Source: Pocillopora damicornis (lineage: Eukaryota). From it: a DNA stretch of 64,000 bases. The position numbers and the translations under genes were made by a program. Under the pieces are notes generated by a model. That model was not told the DNA's origin and searched no databases. It worked only from the letters and a program-made list of their open reading frames with translations. Shown one piece after another: positions 10,899 through 21,673 of this stretch (position 1 is the stretch's first letter; each line of letters begins with the position of its first letter). The DNA is taken from the NCBI RefSeq assembly GCF_003704095.1, contig NW_020846461.1, forward strand, positions 310,001-374,000, given 5' to 3'.

Positions 10899-12016
10899 CC
10901 ATGTCAAGGTGAATAAAAAAGGTCTGGGGTTACAATCCTCTTGGGAAAATAAGTTCTTTCTTTGTCCCACCCCTGTTACACGACGGATAAAATCTGAAAA
11001 AAACTTTGTCGCACGCATGGTTCACACAAAATTCACCCCCTGATGAAAATGCACAACTATATCAGGGTTTCAAGGTAAAAAAACTGATCAATCAAGCAAT
11101 ATACACGATCAGTGAAATAGAGTTTACATACCTGCTGGGCTGGCTGCGACTAAAAACTCGGCAACAGGGTCTTGCTCGGCCTGAACAAAGAATCAGACCA
11201 TCATGCAACAGAATGTTAAACAAACAACAACAACAAGAGTTAAAAGCAGCAACATTTCCGTACAATGTGAAACCAACACTCTGGCTCACTAAGAATAGAC
11301 CCTTTTTTTTCTCAAGCAGAGAGTTTCACCCTCTCCTTTTGCATCAACTATGGGCTTCCAAAACAACAGAAAAACGCAAAACAAAGACAAAATACAAAAT
11401 AATACGTAAAAAAACTGGAGAGGAAAAATGTCCACTGTTACCAATGTCATTTAAACAATACCTACTGGAGTTACATTTCTCTTCGGTATTCCGTAAACTT
11501 CCTAAAACCAAAACAAGGCAAAAAATACCCCAGTGATAGCGCGTTAGACTCTGGCCTAAAGGGTCCGAGTTCTAGCTTGTCAATCGCGCGTGTTACAAAC
11601 GATCACACCAGCCAGTAACTCGCTGTGTTTTAAAAACATATTACTTTTCTGGTAAGGTTCAAAACAGAATAGCAAATTAACAGGATACCCATAATTGAAT
11701 GAGCTTTGCGTTCAAAAATTCTCANNNNNNNNNNNNNNNNNNNNNNNNNNNNNNNNNNNNNNNNNNNNNNNNNNNNNNNNNNNNNNNNNNNNNNNNNNNN
11801 NNNNNNNNNNNNNNNNNNNNNNNNTGATCAGTTTTTTTACCTTGAAACCCTGATATAGTTGTGCATTTTCATCAGGGGATGAATTTTGTGTGAACCATGT
11901 GTGCAACAAAGTTTTTTTCAGATTTTATTCGTCGTGTCACAGGGGTGGGACAAAGAAAGAACTTATTTTCCCAAGAGGATTGTAACCCCAGACCTTTTTC
12001 ATTCACCTTGACATGG
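10899..12016. mobile_element. Long (>=190 nt) imperfect inverted repeat, possibly the TIRs of a DNA transposon, spanning a gap
   Basis: 10899-11090 (CCATGTCAAGGTGAA...AAACTGATCA) is the reverse complement of 11825-12016, with several mismatches. Confidence 0.65.
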
Positions 12017-12176
12017 GATGATCCTGAAATCTCTGCTCATTGTTTCCTAATAATCTGGAAAAACTAACTTTTAAACAGTGATTAATTTGATGTTTTTTTT
12101 TTACAGGAAGTGGTGACGGTGATCATGCCAGGTGAGACTTCTTCAGGGATTTTTACAGGTGGACACTAAACGCTTG

Positions 12177-12380
12177 TATTTATAAGCCATGGTTAGCGAC
12201 CATTATTTGGATCAAACACTATAAAGGCTTGGCCAGATTTACGAACAGGAACCGGCGAAGTTGTAGAAAAGTTTTCAAACAAGTCGAGTAATAGATTTTA
12301 AGCCGTGGCTCCCAGATCTTTTTCTCACCTTGCCTTGAAACTTTTTTTACATAATAGCTGCCAACTATGGCTTATAAATA
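12177..12380. mobile_element. MITE with ~30-nt imperfect TIRs
   Basis: TATTTATAAGCCATGGTTAGC ... GCCAACTATGGCTTATAAATA. Confidence 0.6.
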
Positions 12381-12933
12381 TGGGCCTTTATTGTTACCAG
12401 TAAAAATCCCTGAAGAAGTCTACGACAGTTAAACGAAACACGTTGGAGAGTAAAACAAGTCTCAGAATAACCGTTCGCAGAGCGCTGCTCGCTGTTTGAA
12501 CGTTAAAAAAAATAGTCTTGTCCGTGAAAGAAAAAAAACTACAGTAACGCACACACACAAGAAGAAAATAAAACATCTCTAACGATCGCAAAGACACAAG
12601 CTGCGAACTTTTTTATCAAAAGCACAAACCAAATTTAGGGCCCAAAGAATTGATAAAAACTGCAAACCGCTACAATCGCAGGATCCGCCAATCCGTTAAT
12701 ATTTCGCTCTGAATACGAAATGCAAAATGCGGGAAAACACATTGTCTAAAACTCTAGCTCTCCCCATCCTTCTCTGTAAACCTCAAAGAGCACTGAGCAC
12801 TCGCTTGCCAAAATTACGCTTGCTCTACAGGCTACCATTCCTAGAGTGACTTTTATAATGAAAGCTACTTAGCAATATTTTCATTTGTGGCAAAGTTATT
12901 TCGATCGAACATCAACTATCCAGAGAGAGTGTG

Positions 12934-13958
12934 CTTTCCGTCTCTAAATTTCTACCGGGAAAAAAGGAAGAAAATTGCTGGCGCATTTTTCGCCGATGGG
13001 GAAGAATGGTAGAAGCTACGAAGCGTCCTGAGCAAAAGAATGCTTCGACTGAAGAAGTCGCCGACTATACTCCGGATTTCAATAAAATTATCGGCAATTT
13101 TAGTCACCGATTACGACCAGTTCGAGAGCCTGGTGGGTCAGAGAGAGAAAACAAAGTTTTTGAAATCGATAATGAACTTTCCAAATGGTCGTTTGGGTCT
13201 GTGGCGGAGATGTTGTTTGACAAAAGGTTTGGATGTCTTGAAGAGGAAATCAACAAAGAGGCACAGACCTTCATTAAAGCCGTCGGAGATTTTCTGGCGA
13301 ATGCGGTCGAGGTCGGTTTTTTGCCTTCTTGGTTTGACAAGATCTACGTGAACCAGAAACGTATAAAGTTTTTCGAAAATTTTGACACAATGTACGATTA
13401 GGCCGAACTATTCATCGGGAGTAAAGTCAAGGAACTTGAGAAGTCATGCAAGCCATCGAAGGAAACAGAGCGTGACCGAGCTGGCTTCTTCAAGTTCCTC
13501 CTGGCCGGCGGAAAGCTGACGAAGGATGACTTGTCGGCCAACGCAAGCGATGTTCTGTTTGCCGGAGTTAACACAACTACCTGAAGGCCTGGTTACGTAA
13601 GACCCTCCGCCTATATCCTGTTCTCTCCTCTATCCCGCGAAAACCGAAAGAAGACGTAATATTAGGGGGCTACCATATCCCTGGGGTCACTGCTCAAGTG
13701 GAATTCCTTGCTCACCAAATAGGGCGAGATGAGAGTATTTTTGAAGATGCCGAAGCGTTTAAACCAGAGAGATGATTGCAAAACACGTATGTGCCTCGGT
13801 CGACGTATTGCCGAGTAAGAGCTCCATCTGCTGATGGCCAGAATCGTGCAGCAGTTTGACATCTCTCACACACCGGAGGCAGAGAATGTGGAGCCGTTCA
13901 TGAGAGGGTCACCATTCATAACAGACCTGTTAGAGTGCAGTTTGTTGACAGAAAATGA
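12934..13958 (+). pseudogene. P450 pseudogene (copy D)
   Basis: TAG at 13399-13401. Same internal deletion as C2 (GTTAACACAACTACCTGAAGG). An extra deletion removes the PFGFG part of the heme loop. Confidence 0.92.
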
Positions 13959-15178
13959 GTCAGGTTTTCATGTCATCAAGTTCACACTTCATTGTAACAC
14001 TGTTTTGAGCTGAGAGTGTGACAAATTCTGATGACAACTCGTTTAAAAAAACCGCACTAATTAGATCGAGGGTGTTCAATAAGTCACATTTAATAAGTCA
14101 GTTTCAACCATTTCAGTGATTCCTTACATCTGATGAATAATTTTCTCTTCTGGCTGCCAATCACTTTACATTTTATTTTTCTTTAGAATTATTTAGTGGT
14201 TTTACTTGAAGGTCACATCTTCCCGTTAATAAATCTGTGTATTCTTAACACTAGTTCATTAGATAATGTATTTGATTCGGTATTTTGAAGTACTAGTAAA
14301 GTTAACTTGCTAAACTGCATATTTCAAATTCATTTCAACGGTCTTATGAACTATTTTCCTCGCACGCAAATTTTTGTTGCATATGAATGTATTTCGTATT
14401 CTTTTGGTTTTCAGTATATAATTATTGTCTTGTAACACGTAGATATGGCACTAAAGTAGCTGACGAAGAATCTGTTGAGTTTCTCTGGCCAAAGAAAAGT
14501 ATTCCCCTAGACAAATTTTCGTTGATAACAAAGTAACCTTTTCCAGGCGTTCAGTTGATACAACGGAGCGAAATAGTAGCGATAGAGCGAAAGTGAAGGG
14601 TAATGAGTACACAAAAGTATCTAAGAGCATACAAGAGCCTCTGAGGATACAATGGTATCTACGCATAGGGGTATCCATTAATCCTTTACACCTTAAGATC
14701 AGTATGCATATTCTCCATACTGTTTTCCATTAATTTCCTAAGGTGCTGACAAGGAGATTCTGCTTTACAATCAAGAGCTCCTGTACTTGTTNNNNNNNNN
14801 NNNNNNNNNNNNNNNNNNNNNNNNNNNNNNNNNNNNNNNNNNNNNNNNNNNNNNNNNNNNNNNNNNNNNNNNNNNNNNNNNNNNNNNNNNNCGTATTCTT
14901 TTGGTTTTCAGTAGGTGCTTAATGTCTTGTTACACGTAGATATGGTACTAAAGTAGCAGACGAAGAATCTGTTGAGTTTCTCTGGCCAAAGAAAAGTATT
15001 CCCCTAGACAAATTTTCATTGATAACAAAGTAACCTTTTCCAGGCGTTCAGTTGATACAACGGAGCGAAATAGTAGCGATAGAGCGAAAGTGAAGGGTAA
15101 GGAGTACACAAAAGTATCTAAGAGCATACAAGAGCCTGCGAGGATACAATGGTATCTACGCATAGGGGTATCCATGAA

Positions 15179-15382
15179 TCCTTTACACCCTAAGATCAGT
15201 ATGCATATTTTCCATACTGTTTTCCATAAATTTTCTAAGGTGCTGACAAGGAGATTCTGCTTTACAATCAAGAGCTCCTGTACTTGTTGATCATTTCCTT
15301 TATTCTCAGGACCTTAATGTGTGACTCAGGAGTGATATTGTAAGGAGAAATTAGACGCTGGTCACTCTTAGGGGTTAAAGGG
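15179..15382. mobile_element. TTAA MITE, same family and same insertion site as 7717-7920
   Basis: Same 204-nt body and flanks. Partial copies at the paralogous site occur at 8427-8449, 14682-14791 and ~19898-20089. Confidence 0.85.
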
Positions 15383-15962
15383 TTAAATTGATAAAATTAC
15401 AGGGGTATCTATGAGAATTCAAGGGTTTGCATTACTATACAACTGTGTCTCTTTTTTCCTTTTTTAAATGTCTATATTTTGGCATGTTAAACCACAATAT
15501 ATCTTGTAAAAAGCTTTGCAAGAAATTTCCAAAAATTTAACCTTTGAAAAAACTTACTTTCCAAGTCACACATTTGTTTAAAAGTCTCTTGCATTGAGTA
15601 ACGAATCACCTTTGATAAAAGATTTAAATAGTTCTTTCCTTGAAGAACTAATCGCCTTCGAAACCTAAAAATTGTCACACTTCGCTTGGCTTGCTCACTG
15701 AACTAATGACTCAAAAAAAGATTGGAGTTTTTTAACTAGGAAAATCTTATAAAAAGATAACACAATTCGCTGTCTTGTTTCAGATTATTAAACTTAGATG
15801 TCTGATGAGCATTTTACAGAAATATCTTCCACTGTGTGTCGATCCGAGTTGCCCTTCGCAGTGAGATGGCGTCCTCTTTCTACAGGCTAGTAATTAATTA
15901 GTTCCGAGCTTTACTACGTCTAGTTCATTCTGCTACAGAGGTTTTATCAAAGTCATAGCTCT

Positions 15963-17050
15963 TAAGGTGCGCTAGGCGTTATTTCTCATCCACTTCCTGG
16001 CCTTGTGGAGAGATTCACTGGCGCCTGCACCGCGGAACAAATGTTTGTAGAAAAAATTCATGAACTGCACTGTGGCAGTGTCATCCAGGGCCCATCGGGC
16101 CATCGGAACGCTCGGGCAATGCCGATAACTCCCTCGGTTGTAATCTGTCTACGAGCACTGTGGCAACAACTAATCACCACTAGTTTAGCTCGCAACCGAG
16201 TTTTTGAAATATCCGCCATCGCTAAAAGATAATCTTCTTCTGGAGGAAAAGGTGGGAGAAGGGTAGGGTGCTTAGGAGAAAGAGTAATCTCCCCTCTTTC
16301 GGCATCACCTTGTGTAGCAATGTGCATCAGGCTCACTGAATTTATCGCTTGGAGTACAGAATGCTTTGTCGCAGAATGTCCTATCAAAGGTGTTATGACA
16401 AGAAGTCTTCAAATCATCTCTGCTTCCTTTCTTACACACGATAATTGTTCAATATTTCTGCACCTTCCCTTGTAAATCACCTTTCCAACCACAGGGTCAC
16501 CCACTATCAGTGCCCCGGTCCGACTGTGATAGTCTGGAGGACTGTCTTGAACAAGCTTTAGAGTCGTCAGAGAAGGAACTAGTCGAATCCTGCATGTCTC
16601 TGATAAATACTTGCCTTCTTCATCAGCCAAGGCTGCAAATGGCACTTGGTACACACAGGAATCAGGGACAGTTATGATTTCGGGCTGCTTGAGTTAACTG
16701 GCCAAAGGAGCGATGATTATCTTATAACACAAGTGAAGACTTCTTTTGAAACATTTGGATCGATCCTCGCAATTCTGTTCGGGTAAAATGGCGCGGCTGC
16801 GGGAGGCTTCTTTAAAAAACTCATCCAACTCAGGGACTATACCGGTCACCTTGTTTTTGTCCAGGCTCACTTCCTTTCTGAAAATTGAATGGCTCCCGTT
16901 GCTTGAATTATCCAAAACCGTACATCATTTTGACCAACCCAAATGTACAGGCATGCGCAGTCTGCTTCTTTTGTGATGATCTCTTGAATGCCACATCAAG
17001 ATTTTGGGTCACTTGAGATCTGTTCTTTAACAGAGTACCGAGCTGCTTCC
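15963..17050 (-). pseudogene. TPR-CHAT pseudogene (copy 2), CHAT region
   Basis: Paralog of 1580-2786 with stops, frameshifts and deletions. Catalytic HG is changed to QG (HIATQG). Runs into the gap. Confidence 0.92.
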
Positions 17051-17150
17051 NNNNNNNNNNNNNNNNNNNNNNNNNNNNNNNNNNNNNNNNNNNNNNNNNN
17101 NNNNNNNNNNNNNNNNNNNNNNNNNNNNNNNNNNNNNNNNNNNNNNNNNN

Positions 17151-17347
17151 AGAAACTAGCCAAGGCTCCTACAACACCTCCGGAGACTCCCCCTGAAAGC
17201 CCGACGCTTACCTACACCACAGATCCAGCAGATACCACTGCAGTGCATTGTTCGGACACTTTTCTGCCGGTTGTTATCTACGTACTCTTGTGTTGCGTTT
17301 GTTTTTTATGTCGGTGCTGTGCGTTTTTCCTTAAAAGAAGGCGCTAA
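17151..17347 (+). CDS. C-terminal fragment of a probable single-pass membrane protein
   Basis: Pro/Thr-rich stalk (APTTPPETPPESPT), hydrophobic Cys-rich segment (FLPVVIYVLLCCVCFLCRCCAFFL), basic tail KRRR-stop. 5' part is in the gap. Confidence 0.45.
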
Positions 17348-17612
17348 CTTTGAAGATAACTAAAGATAGGAGCGTAAAATATTTGTAAAATATTTCGCAC
17401 GACTCTGCCTTTACTTTTTAAAAGTCTGCTATCACTGTGTTTGTCTGCTTACAATAACCGTTGGCAGAGTACTGCACCCTAGTTTGTTTGTTATGGAATC
17501 CAAGTTGATAAAAGCGCGAAGATAACATGTCCCGCTGGTAACATGTCACCATCCTGCACTATCCTCCGAAAGAAAACGGGGAAGGGGCCCCCGCCCGATT
17601 TTCTTTTCGATT

Positions 17613-18851
17613 ATTAGTTTATCCGATCCTGCCGACGTTGCAAAGTTACTCCGATCGGATCCCAAACACCCAGAAAGACTGGACTTTCCGTCTCTAAATT
17701 TCTACCGGGAGAAAAGGAAGAAAATTCCTAGTGGTTTTTTTTGCCGATGGCGAAGAATGGTACAAGCTACGGAGCGTCCTGAGCAGAAGAATGCTTCGAC
17801 CGAGAGAAGTCGCCGACTTTACTCCGGGTTTCAATAGAATTATCGGCGATTTTATTCACTGATTACGATCAGTTCGAGAGCCTAGTGGGTCAGAGAAAGA
17901 AAACGAAGTTTGTGAACTCGATAATGGACTTTCCAAGTGGTCGCTTAAGTCTGTGGCGGAGGTGTTGTTTGACGAAAGGTTTGGCTGTGTTGAAGAGGAA
18001 ATCAACAAAGGGGCACAGACCTTCATAAGAGTCGTCGGAGATTTTCTGGCGAATGCGGCCGAGGTCGGTGTAGTGACACTGTGATGATTTAATCTTTAAT
18101 TACTGGGCTTCCTGTGTATTTTAGTGCCCACGCACATGTCAGCGGAGTTGTTAATCCGCAAATGATAGCGGACTTGTTTTTGTTAGGCCACCATGTTTAT
18201 GTTGTTCAGTATGTAAGCACGAGGTCTTATTGAATAAAGCCTAAATTGTGCAAGGATTAAACTTCTCTTTCATTACAGTCGGTTTTTTGCCTACTTAGTT
18301 TTACAAGATCTAGGAGACCCAGAAATTTAAAGAGTTTTTTCCAGAATTTTGATACGATGTACGATTCTGCCGAATTATTTATCGGGAGAAGAATCATGGA
18401 ACTGGAGGAGAAGTCATGCAGGCCATCAAAGGAAACAGACCGTGACTTAGCTGGCTTCTTCGAGTTCCTCCGCTCCTGCGGAAAGCTGACGAAGGATGAC
18501 CTGTTGGCGAGCGTTATGGATGTTCTGTTTGCCGGAGTTGACACTACGTCCAACACGATGCAATGGGTTCTTTATATGTTGGCCAAAAATCCTGAGAAAC
18601 AGAAGTTCTTTGATAGGAAGTGCTCTCAGTGGTTGGAAATTCTACCTTTGCAACGCTGGAAACGCTCACTCGTATACCGTACCTAAAGGCCTGGTTACGA
18701 GAGACCCTCCGCCTATATCCTGTTCTCTCCGCTATCCCGCGAAGACCGAAAGACGACATAATATTAGGGGGCTACCATATCCCTGGGGGCACTGCTCAAG
18801 TTGAGTTCCTTGTTCAGCTTATAGGGAAAGATGAAAGTATTTTTGAATATG
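17613..18851 (+). pseudogene. P450 pseudogene (copy E)
   Basis: Retains DVLFAGVDTTSNTMQW and YLKAWLRETLRLYP. Has TGA (~17860) and TAG (~18296) stops, a solo-LTR insertion and 3' truncation at ~18851. Confidence 0.92.
18069..18277 (+). mobile_element. 209-nt solo LTR with 5-nt TSD
   Basis: TGTAGTG...CATTACA termini, AATAAA at 18233, GTCGG duplicated at 18064-18068 and 18278-18282. Other P450 copies show the empty site GAGGTCGGTTTTTTGCC. Confidence 0.9.
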
Positions 18852-18875
18852 TATAGCAAAATCTCCTAGCATCAG

Positions 18876-18917
18876 CACTGCACTGATGAGGCCCAGAAGG
18901 CCGAAACAGTACTGTCT
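18876..18917 (+). ncRNA. Type I hammerhead ribozyme (retrozyme/Penelope-type), truncated by the gap
   Basis: CUGAUGA (18883-89), stem II GGCC/CAGAA/GGCC (18890-902), GAAA (18903-06), palindromic stem III ACAG-UA-CUGU (18906-15), cleavage triplet GUC (18914-16). The first stem I base pair (A18882-U18917) is visible before the Ns. Confidence 0.85.
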
Positions 18918-19017
18918 NNNNNNNNNNNNNNNNNNNNNNNNNNNNNNNNNNNNNNNNNNNNNNNNNNNNNNNNNNNNNNNNNNNNNNNNNNNNNNNNNNN
19001 NNNNNNNNNNNNNNNNN

Positions 19018-19349
19018 TGGTGCTTAGTTGTTGTCACAGTGCTCGTGGACAGATTCGAACTGAGGGAGTTATTGGAATTGCCCGAGCGTTCTTAGGAGCC
19101 GGAGCTCGTTCAGTGTTAGCGGCACGATGGGCCCTGAATGACACAGCCACAGAGCAGTTCATGATTTGCTTCTACAAATATTTGTTCCGCGGTGAAAGCG
19201 CCAGTGAATCTCTCCACAAGGCCAGGAAGTGGATGAGAAATAACGGCTTTGACAAAGTTTCTCAATGGGCGCCATTCATGATCATGGGCGACAACGTGAC
19301 ATTTGATTTTGGAAATTGGCCGGTGCCTGACGCACCTCAAGAGCCATGA
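19018..19349 (+). CDS. TPR-CHAT C-terminal fragment (copy 3); upstream part in gap
   Basis: VLSCCHSARGQIRTEGVIGIARAFLGAGARSVLAARWAL...WAPFMIMG in an open frame with the catalytic Cys intact. Confidence 0.88.
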
Positions 19350-20427
19350 CTTTGATAAAACCTCTGTAGTTGAATAAATTAGACTTAGTTAAGCTTGGAA
19401 CTACTTGATTACTAGCCTGTAGAAGGAGGACTTCATCTGCGAAGGACAGCTCGGATCGATACCAGTGAAAAGCATTTCTGAAAAATGCTCATCGGACATC
19501 TTAGTTTAATAATCTGAAACAAGACAGCGAATAATGTTATCTCTTTATAAGAGTTCCGAAGTTAAAAAACTCCATTTTTTTGTTGACTCATTGGTTCAGT
19601 GAACAAGCCAAGCGAAGTGTGACAATTTTAAGGTTTCAAACGCAATTAGTTCTTCAAAGAAAGAAAATTTCTAATCCTTCTTCAAAGGTGATTAGTCTGT
19701 CAATTCAAGAGACTTTTATACAAATGTGTGACTTGGAAAGAAGTTTTTTCTAGGCTTAAATATTTTGAAATTTCTGGCAAGGCTTTTGACAAGAAATATT
19801 GTGGTTTAACATGCCAAAATAAACACATTTAAAGAAAAGAAAAAAAAGAGATACTCATGTATGATAATGCAAACCATTGCATTTTCATAGATACCCCAAA
19901 GAGTGACCAGCATCTAATTTCTTCTTACAATATCTCTCCTGAATCAAACACTAAGGTCACAAGAATAATGAAAATGATCAAAAAGCACGGTAGCTTTTGA
20001 CTGTTAAGCACAATCTCCTTGTCAGCACCTTAGGAGATGTATCAAAAACAGTATGAAAAATATGTATACTGATCTTAGGGAGTAAAGGGTTAATTGATAC
20101 CCCTATGCATAGATACTGTTGTATCCTCACACAGACTCTTGTGTGCTTATAGATACTTTTGTATACTTGTTATCCTAAACTTTCACTCTGCCACTACTAT
20201 TTTGCTATCAAAGGAAAATCATGTCGGGAATTCCATTTTGTTGACCAAAAAAAACTCAACAGATTTTTCATCTGCTATTTTTGTGCCATATCTGTGATTT
20301 GCAAGACAATAAATGAACAGTGAAAACTGAGAGAATACAAAATAAATTTGCGTGTGACAAAAATTTGCATGCGAGAAGAATAGTTCATAAGACCGTTAAA
20401 AAGTAAAAAAGTATTTGAAATACACAA

Positions 20428-20458
<31 letters not shown>

Positions 20459-20590
20459 GGAGGTCTATGTATTGATTTGTCTGTTTTACAGTGCTCGATA
20501 CATAGAAGTAGGGCGTTATATATGTTGCCATAGGGAAAAAAAACAGAGAGACTATACTTTCATCCCTACAAGCCCTATTTCATTCCTATT

Positions 20591-21232
20591 TTTGGCCAAC
20601 ATATAAAGAACCCATTGCATCGTGTTGGACGTAGTGTCAACTCCGGCGAACAGAACATCGATTACGCTCGCCAACAGGTCATCCTTCATGAACTTTCCGC
20701 TGGCCAGGAGGAACTCGAAGAAGCCGGCTCGGTCGCGCTCTGTTTCCTCTGATGGCTTGCATGAATTCTCCGCCAGTTCGTTGATTCTTCTCTCGATAAA
20801 TAATTCGGCGTAATAATACATCGTGTCAAAATTATCGACAAAATTTTTAAATTTCTGGGTCACGTAGGTCTTGTAAAACCAAGTAGGCAAAAAACCGACT
20901 TCGACCGCGTTCGCCAGAAAATCTCCGACGGCTTTTATGAAGGTCTGTGCCTCTCTGTTGATTTCCTCTTCAAGACAACCAAACCTTTTGTCAAACAACA
21001 TCTCCGCCACAGACTCAAACGACCATTTGAAAAGTTCATTATCAAGTTCACAAACTTCGTTTTCTTTCTCTGACCCACTAGGTTCTCGAACTGATCGTCA
21101 TCGGTGAATAAAATCGCTCATAATTTTATTGAAATCCGGAGTATAGTCGGCGACTTCTTTCGGTCGAAGCATTCTTTTGCTCAGGACGCTTCGTAGCTTG
21201 TACCATTCTTCACCATCGGCAAAAAAAACACT
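20591..21232 (-). pseudogene. P450 internal fragment (copy F), truncated at both ends
   Basis: Open stretch FDKRFGCL...DVLFAGVDTTSNTMQWVLYMLAKN. Homology ends abruptly at both ends within one contig. Confidence 0.9.
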
Positions 21233-21444
21233 AAGTCTAAGACAATCAGAACAAACACGTTGGAGAATAGAACAAGGTTTTCAACGACTGCACTACAACT
21301 CTGTGACAGCAGAATAAACAGTTCCACATGAAAGGGCTTCTCCGTAGCTTTCGTTTGAGTGATCAAACAGAAAGGTGACAGACAAACACAGTGACAGCAG
21401 AAAAAGTAAAGGTAGAGTCGCGCGAAATAATTTACAAACTAGAC

Positions 21445-21673
21445 CACGGCTGTAGTCAGACTTCAGAACAAGACGAGGCAAGTTTCGAGCGCCGAAGGCG
21501 CGAGCCGCCAGGGGGGTCTGAGGGCATGCCCCTCCAGAAAATTTTGAAATCTAAGAGGCTCAGAAATGCTCTTTTAAGCATTTCTCGTGGAATTTTTCTT
21601 CAGAAAAGTCAATCTTGGGCCAAAATCAAGACGAGGCAGTTGCCTCGTCTTGCCTCATGCTAGCTACGGCCCT
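21445..21673. mobile_element. Non-autonomous DNA transposon/MITE (hAT- or Harbinger-like termini)
   Basis: Left CACGGCTGTAG, right CTAGCTACGGCCCT, TAGAC on both flanks, internal AAGACGAGGCA direct and inverted motifs. Confidence 0.6.

Noticed and set aside
11006-11536. 176-aa ORF inside the inverted-repeat element
   Set aside because: Non-ATG start, A-rich low complexity, overlaps the repeat arm, no transposase motif.
14395-15290. ~400-nt direct duplication flanking the gap at 14792-14891
   Set aside because: Near-identical sequence on both sides of a gap is typical of unmerged overlapping contigs or alleles.
15802-15830. Other CTGATGA matches (e.g. 9758, 15802, 63023) as hammerheads
   Set aside because: No pairing stem II followed by GAAA and stem III.
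6196-19017. Strictly alternating orientation of modules as a biological feature
   Set aside because: Seven 100-N gaps separate the contigs, so order and orientation across them are unverified.
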